64,000 nt of DNA from Puniceicoccales bacterium (lineage in GTDB: Bacteria; Verrucomicrobiota; Verrucomicrobiia; Opitutales; JAIRKQ01): positions 8,333 to 72,332 of the forward strand of contig JAIRYE010000006.1 in the NCBI GenBank assembly GCA_031267915.1, given 5' to 3'. This document shows positions 10,740 to 20,563 of the stretch, piece after piece. How positions within the stretch are numbered: position 1 is the first letter of the stretch; each line of letters opens with the position of its first letter. The translations under genes were made by a program, and so were the position numbers. The notes beneath the pieces are model-generated. The model had not been told where the DNA came from, made no database searches, and saw only the letters and a program-made list of their open reading frames with translations.

Positions 10740-11543
10740 ATGCAGTCCCAATTGAAAATTTTATATCTCGGAGACGCCGTTGGGCGCCCAGCACGGGACT
10801 TCATAGTGTGCAGCATTGCAGGCATTAAACGGATGCATGACATTGATGTCGTCATAGTAAATGGAGAAAATGTTACATCCGGAGCTGGAATAACTCGTGA
10901 GCATGCCGAACTGCTCCACGGAGCGGGTGTGGATGCAATAACTCTTGGCGATCACGTCTGGGATAGGCATGGTTTCGAAAATGACATCGGTGGGCTGAGC
11001 TACGTTTGCAGGCCAGCAAATTTGCCCAGTGAATGTCCTGGCAATGTATTTGTTGTGTGTGAAAAAAAAGGTGTTCGGGTGGGAGTTTGCATCGTCCTGG
11101 GGCGAGTTTTTATGAAGGTAAATGCCGCTTGCCCATTTCAGACCGTGGACGAAATTTTGCGCAGTAGCGGTGCAAATGTTGACGTTTTTTTAGCTGAAAT
11201 ACACGCCGAGGCAACTTCAGAAAAAATTGCATTTGGCTGGAATTTTGACGGGAAGGTTGCGGCGGTAGTTGGCACGCATACCCATGTGCAAACCGCAGAT
11301 GAGCGTATTTTGCCAAAGGGGACCGCCTATATTTCCGACCTTGGGATGTGTGGTCCGCACGAATCCGTGATTGGCAGAGAAATTTTACCAATTATCCACA
11401 GGATGAAGCTTAGCATGCCCATTAAATCTGAGGTGGCGACGGGGGATGTGCGACTGAATGGTGCCCTGCTGACCATCGATGTGGAGTCTGGATTGGCCAA
11501 AAAAATTACTAGATTCTCAGAAAAATGTCGTAATTTTGAGTGA
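10740..11543 (+). CDS. YmdB-family metallophosphoesterase (TIGR00282)
   Basis: LGDAVGRP, NGEN, TLGDH, HAEATSEK, GTHTHVQTAD, DLGMCGP. Confidence 0.92.
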   Translation: MQSQLKILYLGDAVGRPARDFIVCSIAGIKRMHDIDVVIVNGENVTSGAGITREHAELLHGAGVDAITLGDHVWDRHGFENDIGGLSYVCRPANLPSECPGNVFVVCEKKGVRVGVCIVLGRVFMKVNAACPFQTVDEILRSSGANVDVFLAEIHAEATSEKIAFGWNFDGKVAAVVGTHTHVQTADERILPKGTAYISDLGMCGPHESVIGREILPIIHRMKLSMPIKSEVATGDVRLNGALLTIDVESGLAKKITRFSEKCRNFE

Positions 11544-11555
11544 AATAATCACCAA

Positions 11556-12137
11556 TTGATTGAAATGCGAATCTCAGGTGGCAGTGCGCGGGGAATACTA
11601 CTGGACATTCCCAGAGGTGTGGAATACTTGCGTCCGGCTACTGATTTTTTGCGGGAAGCGATTTTTTCTTCGCTGGGGCAAAGCGTGCAGAATGCCTTCG
11701 TTTTGGACCTGTTTGCAGGAGTTGGAAGCTACGGCCTGGAGGCACTCAGCCGGGGAGCAAACGCATGTGTTTTTGTGGAAAAAAATCGCCGAGCGTCGGA
11801 TGCGATTGAGAGCAATTTGCGTAAGGTAAAAAAATCTACGGGGAGAAATTTTATGGCAAAAGTTTTGTGCCAGGAGGTTTTTTCCTTCGCCGAAACACAT
11901 GCTACGTCATTTGACATCATTTTCATCGACCCTCCCTACAATTTGATTGAAGCGCTCGGGATGAAATGTTTGCAAATATTTTCAAAATTCCTAAAAGACG
12001 CCAACACTTCCAGGCTTGTCATTGAGATTCCGGGGTTATGCAGCATTGGTGAAGTTGCGGGCATGATTGAACTGAGACGACTTGGCAGAGTGGGTAATTC
12101 CCGGCAACCAAATGCGCTGATATATGGCAAAAAATAG
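11556..12137 (+). CDS. rsmD: 16S rRNA (guanine(966)-N2)-methyltransferase
   Basis: MRISGGSARG, LRPAT..REAIF, LDLFAGVGSYGLEALSRGA, DPPY. Confidence 0.9.
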   Translation: MIEMRISGGSARGILLDIPRGVEYLRPATDFLREAIFSSLGQSVQNAFVLDLFAGVGSYGLEALSRGANACVFVEKNRRASDAIESNLRKVKKSTGRNFMAKVLCQEVFSFAETHATSFDIIFIDPPYNLIEALGMKCLQIFSKFLKDANTSRLVIEIPGLCSIGEVAGMIELRRLGRVGNSRQPNALIYGKK

Positions 12138-13662
12138 CATGCTAAAGAGTGTTTCGATCGTCTCGGGCATAACCATTATCTCCAGAGTGCTGGGGTATTT
12201 GCGTGATGCGATTCTATTTAGTCTTTTTGGGATATCGAGTGTGGGAGCAGCATTTTTACTGGCATTTAGACTTCCGAATCTTTTCCGCAGGCTTTTGGGG
12301 GAGGGAGCTCTTTCCTCGGCGATGATTCCCATACTATCGTCCCAGTATGTCGCACATGGCAAGGCTTCAATGTTTGAGCTGTTTAGCCACGTAATTCGTC
12401 GACTGGTTATTGTTTTGTGCTGCGTTCTGCTGCTGGTCTATGGTGTTGTTTTTTTTGCAAAGGGAAAGGTTGCATCTGACAAATGGACAATGGCACTGTC
12501 CTTTACGTCAGTGTTGCTGCCATACATGGTCTTCGTGTGCTTGTCCGCCGTATGCGCTGCGGCATTGAATGTTCTGGGGATGTTTGCCGTGGGTTCGCTT
12601 AGTCAGATTTGGCTGAACATTTCAATGATCGTATCTCTGCTTGTGGGTGGATTTTACTTCCATTTTGGCGATGTGGCTCTCGCGAATTGTTTGATAGCTG
12701 GTGTGTTAATCGGGGGATTGCTGCAGCTTGTTATCCCACTGCTTGCGCTTGCTGCAATTGGCTGGCGCCCAACTTTTGGATCAAGTGCCAATCTGAAGCA
12801 AAATATGCATGACGTCTGGAGATTATTTTTCCCCGGAGCATTTGGCGCTGCCATGGAACAGATAAACATACTGATTTCCAGCGGGATTGCCTATAACTTT
12901 ATGGAATCAGCGGTTTCATCGTTGCACATGGCCAGCCGCCTCATAGAACTCCCCATGGGAATTTTTGGAACGGCAATTGCAACTGTTTTTGCGCCGAATA
13001 TGGCGAAAATTGTTGCCTCGGAAAACAGTGAGACGGCGGCTAAAATCTTCAATGCCTGCCTCATGGCGATGGTATGGATTTTACTTCCCTCTGCCGTGGG
13101 GTTATTTTTGCTGCGCCATGAAATTTTACACCTACTTTTTGCCCATGGAAAATTTTCCGAAGCAAATGTTGGTCGGGTCGCTCCGATCGTTGCCATATAC
13201 TGCGTCAGCATGGTTTTTTCGGGGGCGTCAGCACTATTTATTCGCGGATTTCATTCGCTCAGGGACACTAAAACTCCGGTTGTTGTAGGTTTTTCCGCTC
13301 TGCTCATCAATGCACTCCTTGCTGCGACGGTAATGAGGCTATTTGGAGTCGTTGGATTGGCGACCGTAACGGCGTGCAGCACAGTTTTGCAATCGCTATG
13401 TCTATTCTTTTTGTTTAAAAGGAGGGTAAAGCTGTCAATTTTGCCGGAGCGGAAAAATTATGCTACGATACTCTGCGGATGCATCGCCGTTGCAATCGTG
13501 GTGATGGCTGTGAAATTTTCCATTGAATCTTTCAGTCCGTTTGGTCAGCGAATGACGGAGATGATAGTGGTTGCCCTGTCAGCCGGCTTGTCGCTGCTGG
13601 TCTATTTTGTCCTCTGCAAAAAGCTCGTCGCAGCTGTGCTAGGAGAAAGAAAAAAAGTTTGA
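12124..13662 (+). CDS. murJ: Lipid II flippase MurJ (MviN)
   Basis: SRVLGYLRD, AFRLPNLFRRLLGEGA, RLIELPMGIFG; many TM helices. Confidence 0.93.
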   Translation: MAKNSMLKSVSIVSGITIISRVLGYLRDAILFSLFGISSVGAAFLLAFRLPNLFRRLLGEGALSSAMIPILSSQYVAHGKASMFELFSHVIRRLVIVLCCVLLLVYGVVFFAKGKVASDKWTMALSFTSVLLPYMVFVCLSAVCAAALNVLGMFAVGSLSQIWLNISMIVSLLVGGFYFHFGDVALANCLIAGVLIGGLLQLVIPLLALAAIGWRPTFGSSANLKQNMHDVWRLFFPGAFGAAMEQINILISSGIAYNFMESAVSSLHMASRLIELPMGIFGTAIATVFAPNMAKIVASENSETAAKIFNACLMAMVWILLPSAVGLFLLRHEILHLLFAHGKFSEANVGRVAPIVAIYCVSMVFSGASALFIRGFHSLRDTKTPVVVGFSALLINALLAATVMRLFGVVGLATVTACSTVLQSLCLFFLFKRRVKLSILPERKNYATILCGCIAVAIVVMAVKFSIESFSPFGQRMTEMIVVALSAGLSLLVYFVLCKKLVAAVLGERKKV

Positions 13663-13696
13663 AATTTGCCGAATGGGATGGCGTGTGTATTTTGCC

Positions 13697-15505
13697 CTAT
13701 TCCTGCAGCTCAAGCCACTTGTTTTCGAGCTCAACCAGTCTTTTGCAGCAATCGGCGTAGGAGTCACACGCTTCATGGTCATAGCTTTTGGATAGAATTT
13801 CTTCGAACTCTTTCTTTTTTGTTTCCAGGGCTGCAATTGTCTTTCCCAAAGCTAAAAGTTCTTTTTCTTTCTGCTTTTCGGCGAGCTTGGTTTTTGTTTC
13901 TTTTTCCCTGTTTGCAGCTTTTGCAGTTGCCCTGTTATTCCCGGTCAGTAGGAATTCGCGGTAATCTTCCAGGGAACCTCCGAACGGAGAGCACCTGCCA
14001 TCGGCAATTATAAAAAACTTACTGCAGATTTTGGATAGTATGTAAAAATCGTGAGTGATTAGTACCACCGCTCCGTGGTATTCGTTTATTGCGTTTATGA
14101 GAGCTTCCCGAGTTTCAATGTCCAAGTGATTTGTTGGCTCATCGAAAATCATTGCATGGGGATTGCTAAGCGAATTTATGGCAAACAAAACCCTGGATTT
14201 TTCTCCTCCGGATAAATTTTTTACTGCGGTTTCGCTGCGCTCCTGCGTTATTCCAAATCTTCCAAGATGCGCCCGTATCTGAGTTTCTGAGAACTCCCGG
14301 GTGGTATTTCGGAAAATTTCGATTGGTGTTTTTTCAAGATTTAACTCATCGGCCTGCTGCTGCGAGAAGTATGAAATTTTCACATTCCTTGCTCCGATAA
14401 TTTCTCCGGAGTGTGGTGTCAAACGGCCTGAAATAATTTTTGCCAGAGTGGATTTGCCATTGCCATTGGAGCCCAGCAGAGCAATTCTGTCTCCCAGAGT
14501 TATGCACAAATTAATGGAGTGCAGAACGATTTTGCCGCCATATCCGGCGGAAACATTTTCCAGTGTTATCAATTTGCGGTCAACCTGTGGTTTCGGCTGG
14601 GGAAAAGAAAACTTTACTCTGTGCTCCGAACTCGGCATTTCAGGAATTTCCATCTTTTCAATCATTTTCAACCTGCTCTGCGCCTGTTTGGCCTTGGTTG
14701 CCTTTACTCCAAAGCGATCAATGAAATTCTGCATGTGCTGGCGCTTTTTTTGCAAATTTTCGATGTTTTTGACTAGCGCAACTTTTTGATTGCTGCGTGC
14801 GTCAATGTAAGTGTCATAATTCCCCTTGAATAGGTGTAATTGCCTATCGTGTACGCTGATGATGTAGTTGCAAATTTTGTTGAGAAATTGCTTTTCATGG
14901 GAAATCATGAGAATTGTTTTGCTGAGATTTTTCAGATAATTTTCAAACCACATGGCGGTTTCGAAGTCCAGATGGTTAGTGGGCTCGTCCAGCAGCAGGC
15001 AGTCGGAGGGAGCAAACAGTGTTGCGGCGAGTGCGGCTCTCATTTGCCAGCCTCCGGAAAACTCACTCAATTTTTTTTGCAGATCGTTCTGTCTAAATCC
15101 GAGGCCAGAAAGTATGCTGGCTGCTCGTGCTTCGGCGGAGTATCCTCCGATGGCTTCGTATCTGTCGTAGGCATCTGCTAGTTCCTCCGCCGGAATGCAC
15201 TGATCGCTATTTAAAATTTTTCGCAGCTGAATTAGTTCCAGGTCTGTGTTTATCAGAGAATCGAGGAGAGAAATTTCGCCGTTCTCAATTTCCTGTTTTA
15301 TGCAGACGAGCCTCATTCCGTTTTTTACATAAATTTCGCCGCTGTCGATTTTTTCCTGGCCTAGTACCAGGCGGAATAATGTGGTCTTCCCGCACCCGTT
15401 GGGCCCAACGATGCCGACTTTCCCTTGGGAAGGCAGATGTAGCGTTGCATTTTCAAACAGTATTCTTCCTCCGACGCGGTGTGTCAAATTTTCAATATCG
15501 ATCAT
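13697..15505 (-). CDS. ABC-F family ATPase (YheS/Uup-like)
   Basis: Two ABC domains (GPNGCGKTT, FSGGW, LDEPTNHLD; GSNGNGKST, LSGGEK, DEPTNHLD), no TM segments, C-terminal coiled coil. Start placed at MIDIENL. Confidence 0.92.
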   Translation of the reverse strand: MIDIENLTHRVGGRILFENATLHLPSQGKVGIVGPNGCGKTTLFRLVLGQEKIDSGEIYVKNGMRLVCIKQEIENGEISLLDSLINTDLELIQLRKILNSDQCIPAEELADAYDRYEAIGGYSAEARAASILSGLGFRQNDLQKKLSEFSGGWQMRAALAATLFAPSDCLLLDEPTNHLDFETAMWFENYLKNLSKTILMISHEKQFLNKICNYIISVHDRQLHLFKGNYDTYIDARSNQKVALVKNIENLQKKRQHMQNFIDRFGVKATKAKQAQSRLKMIEKMEIPEMPSSEHRVKFSFPQPKPQVDRKLITLENVSAGYGGKIVLHSINLCITLGDRIALLGSNGNGKSTLAKIISGRLTPHSGEIIGARNVKISYFSQQQADELNLEKTPIEIFRNTTREFSETQIRAHLGRFGITQERSETAVKNLSGGEKSRVLFAINSLSNPHAMIFDEPTNHLDIETREALINAINEYHGAVVLITHDFYILSKICSKFFIIADGRCSPFGGSLEDYREFLLTGNNRATAKAANREKETKTKLAEKQKEKELLALGKTIAALETKKKEFEEILSKSYDHEACDSYADCCKRLVELENKWLELQE

Positions 15506-15631
15506 GCCACTACAAGCATTGACATAATGCAAATTCATTGATACTACAATTAAAAAGTGGTTTCTGCGAAATTTAGAAAAAATTGACTACTCTAATTTTG
15601 GCCGTGGGCCTGAATACTTTGAATAGAAAAT

Positions 15632-16435
15632 ATGGAAAGCGAAATAAAAAGTTCTCCCCTGAGACGGAATCGGGCGTTCACATTGCTGGAAATTATTTTG
15701 TCCCTGCTTGTGATCGTGACAGTGGTTTTTTTTGGGAAAAAATTTCTGGATATTTCAGCTGAGAATGTTCGCTCTCTGGAGGAAAGCAAAATCGTTGACG
15801 GGGAATTAAATTTGCTTCTGACGAGAATTAGAGAAGATTTGGAGTCCGCTGTTTTACTGGAAAAAAATCAGCCGATATTTGAAATTTGTGAGAAGGGTGA
15901 CGGCAAGAGTTTGGATATGTTTTTTTTCACCACAAACGACGAAAAACATGTCACCGTGGGCGTTAGGTACGACATTTCCGAATTGGAATTTGGGCACGTG
16001 GAAGTTCAGCGCACCGTTTTGAGCGATTCAGCTACGCTGCTGCTGCAGAACGCACTGAGCTCTGGCTCGTCATTTAGTCAATTTTTCGAAAACATGGACC
16101 CGAGCCATAGGCAAGTCTACAAATTTAATGTCAGGCTTTCCAGTTTTAAAATCCGTGCGGCAGTAGAAAATTCGGATGGGCGCGTAATTTTTATCCATCC
16201 AAATGAGAAGATGGCGTATTTCAGTGGAAAATTAGTTTGCGAAAATGTTGACAGAAAGTCAATCATTCCAGGGAATTTGTTGTTTTTTGATATTACGGTG
16301 AGAGCTCTTCTAAAGAACGATATTGCAAAATTTAATTCTTTGAAGGCATCAAAACCTGCGGATGCCAAGGAATTTCTATCAATGCAGTCGAGGAAGAGTT
16401 TTGGCAGGATTAAATTTAATGCGATGAGTTTCTAG
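15632..16435 (+). CDS. Prepilin-motif protein (GspJ/PilW-like minor pseudopilin)
   Basis: RRNRA|FTLLEIILSLLVIV class III signal and RIREDLESA helix. Confidence 0.75.
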   Translation: MESEIKSSPLRRNRAFTLLEIILSLLVIVTVVFFGKKFLDISAENVRSLEESKIVDGELNLLLTRIREDLESAVLLEKNQPIFEICEKGDGKSLDMFFFTTNDEKHVTVGVRYDISELEFGHVEVQRTVLSDSATLLLQNALSSGSSFSQFFENMDPSHRQVYKFNVRLSSFKIRAAVENSDGRVIFIHPNEKMAYFSGKLVCENVDRKSIIPGNLLFFDITVRALLKNDIAKFNSLKASKPADAKEFLSMQSRKSFGRIKFNAMSF

Positions 16436-16436
16436 G

Positions 16437-16931
16437 TCACAGAGAATATTTGGTATGGTGATTGCAAATGAAGGCAATTTTTCTGTGAGCCAGCGTCATC
16501 GGGTTTGCCGCCAGAACTAGAAAGATTTGCGACAGAAGTGCTGTCAGCAAAAATTGGTAGAGCGAAAATGATGCTTCGCGAAGAACGAAGAGAAAAAGTA
16601 TGTGTAAAATGCTTGCCGTGTGCTCAAATGCGTATCTGTGCCATGCCGCGAATGTGGTTCCTTTGCTCAGGATAGATCGCTGCAGGCAATAAAAAAATAT
16701 GCAGAACAGCGCTGTGAATCCAAATGGCAGAGACTTGAATGTGGCATCAAATACCAGTCCGACTGCGCAGTACAGTACAATTGCACCTGTGGGTCTCAGA
16801 TAAATCACTGGAAAGTGAATGAAAAGCCCGATTGGGACAAGCAAAATTCCAGGAAATATGGCCATGTTGCTAAAAATTTGGGAGAAAATTACCAGCAGGT
16901 AGTATAGAGCGACTAGAAGGAAAAGTAGCAT
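16437..16931 (-). CDS. mreD: Rod shape-determining protein MreD-like membrane protein
   Basis: 164-aa highly hydrophobic ORF with GLVFDA and PFG, coupled (TGATG) downstream of mreC. Confidence 0.65.
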   Translation of the reverse strand: MLLFLLVALYYLLVIFSQIFSNMAIFPGILLVPIGLFIHFPVIYLRPTGAIVLYCAVGLVFDATFKSLPFGFTALFCIFFYCLQRSILSKGTTFAAWHRYAFEHTASILHILFLFVLREASFSLYQFLLTALLSQIFLVLAANPMTLAHRKIAFICNHHTKYSL

Positions 16932-17782
16932 CAGCGAGCCTCTGTTTTTACTAAAACTGCGACTTCGTAGAGCCTTGACAGCAGCGTGTCATTGAGGACA
17001 ACAGCGGCCGAAAAGGAATTTCCAAAAATTTCTTCGGGAGGTTTTACGGTTCCGATCAGAATATTTCTGGGAAAAACTCCGGAAAGCTCTGATGTCACAA
17101 GGACTATTTCCCTGTCGTCCTCAACGATACTTGCTGGCACGTTCGCTGCACTCCCGATGGAATGCCCAAGCATGTTTTTTTCATCTCCAACAAAAATTAT
17201 GGGATTCCCCTCCGCGTCTTTTTCCGCGTGGACAATCATTCTGAATTGCGGAGAGGTTATCAGTTCGACGGTGGATGCCTTTGGACTCACTGCTTTTATC
17301 CGCCCAATTGCGTGGTTTTGGCAAATTACTCCCATCCCCTCAAAAATTCCATCATCGGAGCCAATGTCAACCAGTAGTTCGCTGCTCCAGCCTGCGATAT
17401 CTCTGCGAATTACTTTTGCCGGCTTTGCGGTGAAGTTTCCGATTTTGAAAGTTTTTCCCTCCGGAAAGTTTTGAGTTTCAGCTGCAGACAATTGCAGTTT
17501 CAGAAATAAATTTTCCCGCACCAGATCCTCACAGAGGGTGATAAGTTTTGACTTTGACATGGTTCGTGCGCTGAAAGATTTGATTGCCTTTGCCAACTTG
17601 ACACCAGAGTAGGCGGGAAATTGGACATATTCAAATGTTGCTCGGATGGCATTTTTGAGAGATAGGGGAATGAGCCAGAGAGCCAGTAGAACGCAAAGCA
17701 GTGGCACGTAGTCCACGATGGCGCTACGCCGATCATTCCGCACGGGGAAACAGTTCGATGAAAATTTTTTTTGAGCTCTCAC
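16931..17782 (-). CDS. mreC: Rod shape-determining protein MreC
   Basis: TM plus coiled coil (LVREN), AKVIRRD, DIGSDDGI.EGMGV, IGRI, VTSELSGVFP.NILIG. Confidence 0.88.
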   Translation of the reverse strand: MRAQKKFSSNCFPVRNDRRSAIVDYVPLLCVLLALWLIPLSLKNAIRATFEYVQFPAYSGVKLAKAIKSFSARTMSKSKLITLCEDLVRENLFLKLQLSAAETQNFPEGKTFKIGNFTAKPAKVIRRDIAGWSSELLVDIGSDDGIFEGMGVICQNHAIGRIKAVSPKASTVELITSPQFRMIVHAEKDAEGNPIIFVGDEKNMLGHSIGSAANVPASIVEDDREIVLVTSELSGVFPRNILIGTVKPPEEIFGNSFSAAVVLNDTLLSRLYEVAVLVKTEAR

Positions 17783-19188
17783 GACTGGTCATTGTTTTGT
17801 ATTATTTTTTGCAAATGGGAAATTCCAGACGGAAGATCAGAAAATTCGCAATTCAGCTGGGCCGCGAAGCACGTGTCGAGTATTTCAGAAAATCTTTTTG
17901 ATGGAGACAATCCTAACTCCAGCAGATGCCGCCCCTGAATGAGCGGAATTGGTTTGTTGGAAAATACTCCGAGTCTTTGCGCCGTATTCCTGGAATGTTT
18001 TTCGATTTCTTCGTCATATCTGTCTTTCCATCCCATACGTCCGGCGAAATCAATGTGGCAAAGTCGCAGCAGTCTGTCGATCCTTTCCACATCATTTGCC
18101 AAGTGCAGTATTCCGGAATCGGAGCGATCACGCTCATATAAAAATCTCGGAGACATGTGCCAGCGGACAAGGGGCAAAACTGCTTCAATTAGAGAGTTTG
18201 GTGCGCCGATGGAGTTTAGAAAATTCTTTGCCGGTTTTATGCCAATTTTGTCATGCCCGTAGTGGTGAATGCCGCGCTCATCCTTGGTGGTGACATATGG
18301 CTTACCGAAATCGTGGCACAGAGTTGCAAATCCAATGATCAGATCTTCCCGCTGGCTGTTGACTTTCGTTTCCGCAAAAACGTCGAGGGATAGGCAGGTG
18401 TGGTCGAAGACTGAACCTTCCGGATGTGTCTTCCTGTCCTGCATGCACGTGACGAGAGATTCGATTTCCGGGAAAAATTTTACCCATTCGCAGTCCCTTA
18501 AAAACTGAAGTCCCAGCGATGGCATTGTGGATCGCAGCATTAGCTTTTTCCACTCGGAAAATATGCGCTCCCTGGATATGTCATAAATTGACAGGCTCCT
18601 GCACAGTTTGATGGTTTCCCTGGCGGCCTTCAGCTTAAATCGTCCAGCAAATTGCATGCCTCGCAGAACACGCAGCTGATCTTCGGCAAATTTTTCACTG
18701 CTGTGGCGAAGTATCCCGGATTTTAGATCCCCAATGCCGCCAAACTCATCGATGATTTTCTCATTTGCAATGTCAAAATATATGGAATTTATGGTGAAAT
18801 CCCTGCGACTGGCTGCTGTTCTAATGTCGCAATTTTCGGCACTACTAACTTTAAAATTTGTGTGTCTGGTTCCGGTTTTTACTTCCACGCGGGGAATTGA
18901 TATGTCAATGGGGAACTCGCAAATTTTTAGCACGCAAAAAGATTTCCCTGTATTCTCAACGGTAAACCTGCGTGTCAGGAGTTTTTCAATTGATTCCAGG
19001 GATGAGCCGAAGACCTCTATGTCGAAGTCAATGAGCGGAATTTCCAAAATTGCATCCCGTACGCAGCCACCAACAAAATACGGTTTCATTCCGGCATTCA
19101 GCAGTTCGGAGCAGATCCATTGGATGGCTTCAAAAGTATCATTCCGTGCTAACTTTCTAAATGCCTGAAATGTTAAATTTGTATTCAA
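17779..19188 (-). CDS. cca: CCA tRNA nucleotidyltransferase with HD domain
   Basis: YFVGGCVRD..DFDIEV, RRDFTINS, EDQLRVLR, SRERI; HD domain HPEG..HT...HDFGKP. Confidence 0.88.
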   Translation of the reverse strand: MNTNLTFQAFRKLARNDTFEAIQWICSELLNAGMKPYFVGGCVRDAILEIPLIDFDIEVFGSSLESIEKLLTRRFTVENTGKSFCVLKICEFPIDISIPRVEVKTGTRHTNFKVSSAENCDIRTAASRRDFTINSIYFDIANEKIIDEFGGIGDLKSGILRHSSEKFAEDQLRVLRGMQFAGRFKLKAARETIKLCRSLSIYDISRERIFSEWKKLMLRSTMPSLGLQFLRDCEWVKFFPEIESLVTCMQDRKTHPEGSVFDHTCLSLDVFAETKVNSQREDLIIGFATLCHDFGKPYVTTKDERGIHHYGHDKIGIKPAKNFLNSIGAPNSLIEAVLPLVRWHMSPRFLYERDRSDSGILHLANDVERIDRLLRLCHIDFAGRMGWKDRYDEEIEKHSRNTAQRLGVFSNKPIPLIQGRHLLELGLSPSKRFSEILDTCFAAQLNCEFSDLPSGISHLQKIIQNNDQS

Positions 19189-19249
19189 TACCTTAGGGAC
19201 GGTGTGGAAATTTCAAGTTGAAGATAAATTTTCAGAATGATACTCTAGG

Positions 19250-20548
19250 CTAGCTGTTGACGTTAATTCCTTTTTTCATCGTCAGAGACAGCAGCAGTCC
19301 AATTAGTGTCAACGCAGGCATTGTCAGGAGTGCATTTCTGAATGCTTCGGAAGAAATCACGTGGTCAGCTCCCGTCGAATGCACCTCCATGAGCCAGCCT
19401 ACGATTGGTTGAAATAATCCACCAGCTAGCATGACGATCATGTTTACTACGGCGATGGCACTGCCCTTTGCCTCCCCTATGTTCAATTCCAGACTGGCAA
19501 CGAAGCAGATGACCTCCGGACTGGAGCATACTCCGGCCAGGAACAGCAAAAGCCCTACGCTGAATGTGGATTTTATCGGGCACAGCAGCAATATTGAAAA
19601 TAGAATAGTGCTCAGAAATGTTCCGCAGATCAAAAGTTTTCTTCTGCACTTAATGACATCGGATATCAGTCCCGCCAGTGGACCTCCGACCAGCCAGCCA
19701 ACATAGAGCATGCTGGAAATTTTTGTGGCCTCGGATTTTGCCAATCCCATCGAAATTTCAATGTATCGAACTCCCCAAAGATCTCCGAAAATTACAAGTG
19801 GAGTATACAGGCTAGCTCCCACAAGTCCAATTATCCACGTTTGCTTGTTTTTACAGACTGCAATCAGCCCCGATAGAAAATTTTTTAGTGGGGAGGTGTC
19901 GGAAATTGCGGATCTTTTTTCCACTTCCCAGCGCGGTGTTTCTGGAATGTAAATGGCGATTGCCGCAGCCATAATCACGCCCGCAATTGCCATTACCACG
20001 AAGGACATTTTCCAGCCGATGCGATCGATTAGAAACGCAAGTGGTGTCTGCCCAATTAGAGCCCCGCAGATCCCGAGAGAGGTTGTTAACCCCGATAGGA
20101 ACGCAAGCCTTTCGTCGTGAAACCAAACGGCAGCCAGATACATGACTCCAATGAACGCACAGCTCGATCCTATGCCAGTCAAAATTCTTCCAGCTGTTAT
20201 GTATACCAGTGACGTTGATGGAATTATGGGAGCTAGGCATCCGATTGCAACGAGCACGGAGGCGGGAAATAGCACACTTTTCCCTCCAAATTTGTCGAAC
20301 AATATCCCCGCAAAAAGCTGCAGAGGAGCGTAGACGATGTAGTATGATCCGACTACGGTGCCTATTGTTACAGCGGATGCGGAAAATTGGGTGGCCAACT
20401 CCTGTTCCATTACGCTCGGTGCAACGCGGACCAGATATTCGTACAGGTAAAATGCCACAGCTGCTGTCCACGCTAGCCATGCCAGTTTGCCGCTCTTTTT
20501 TTCGAATTTCAGTTTCATTCGACCCGAATGTGCAAATTTCGCCCCCAA
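19250..20548 (-). CDS. MFS transporter (Pht-like)
   Basis: About 12 TM helices; N-terminal W..A..FYLYEYLVRVAPSVM; motif A-like GILFDKFGGK. Start may be ATG 20518. Confidence 0.85.
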   Translation of the reverse strand: MGAKFAHSGRMKLKFEKKSGKLAWLAWTAAVAFYLYEYLVRVAPSVMEQELATQFSASAVTIGTVVGSYYIVYAPLQLFAGILFDKFGGKSVLFPASVLVAIGCLAPIIPSTSLVYITAGRILTGIGSSCAFIGVMYLAAVWFHDERLAFLSGLTTSLGICGALIGQTPLAFLIDRIGWKMSFVVMAIAGVIMAAAIAIYIPETPRWEVEKRSAISDTSPLKNFLSGLIAVCKNKQTWIIGLVGASLYTPLVIFGDLWGVRYIEISMGLAKSEATKISSMLYVGWLVGGPLAGLISDVIKCRRKLLICGTFLSTILFSILLLCPIKSTFSVGLLLFLAGVCSSPEVICFVASLELNIGEAKGSAIAVVNMIVMLAGGLFQPIVGWLMEVHSTGADHVISSEAFRNALLTMPALTLIGLLLSLTMKKGINVNS

Positions 20549-20563
20549 AAGGCAATAGAAAAG

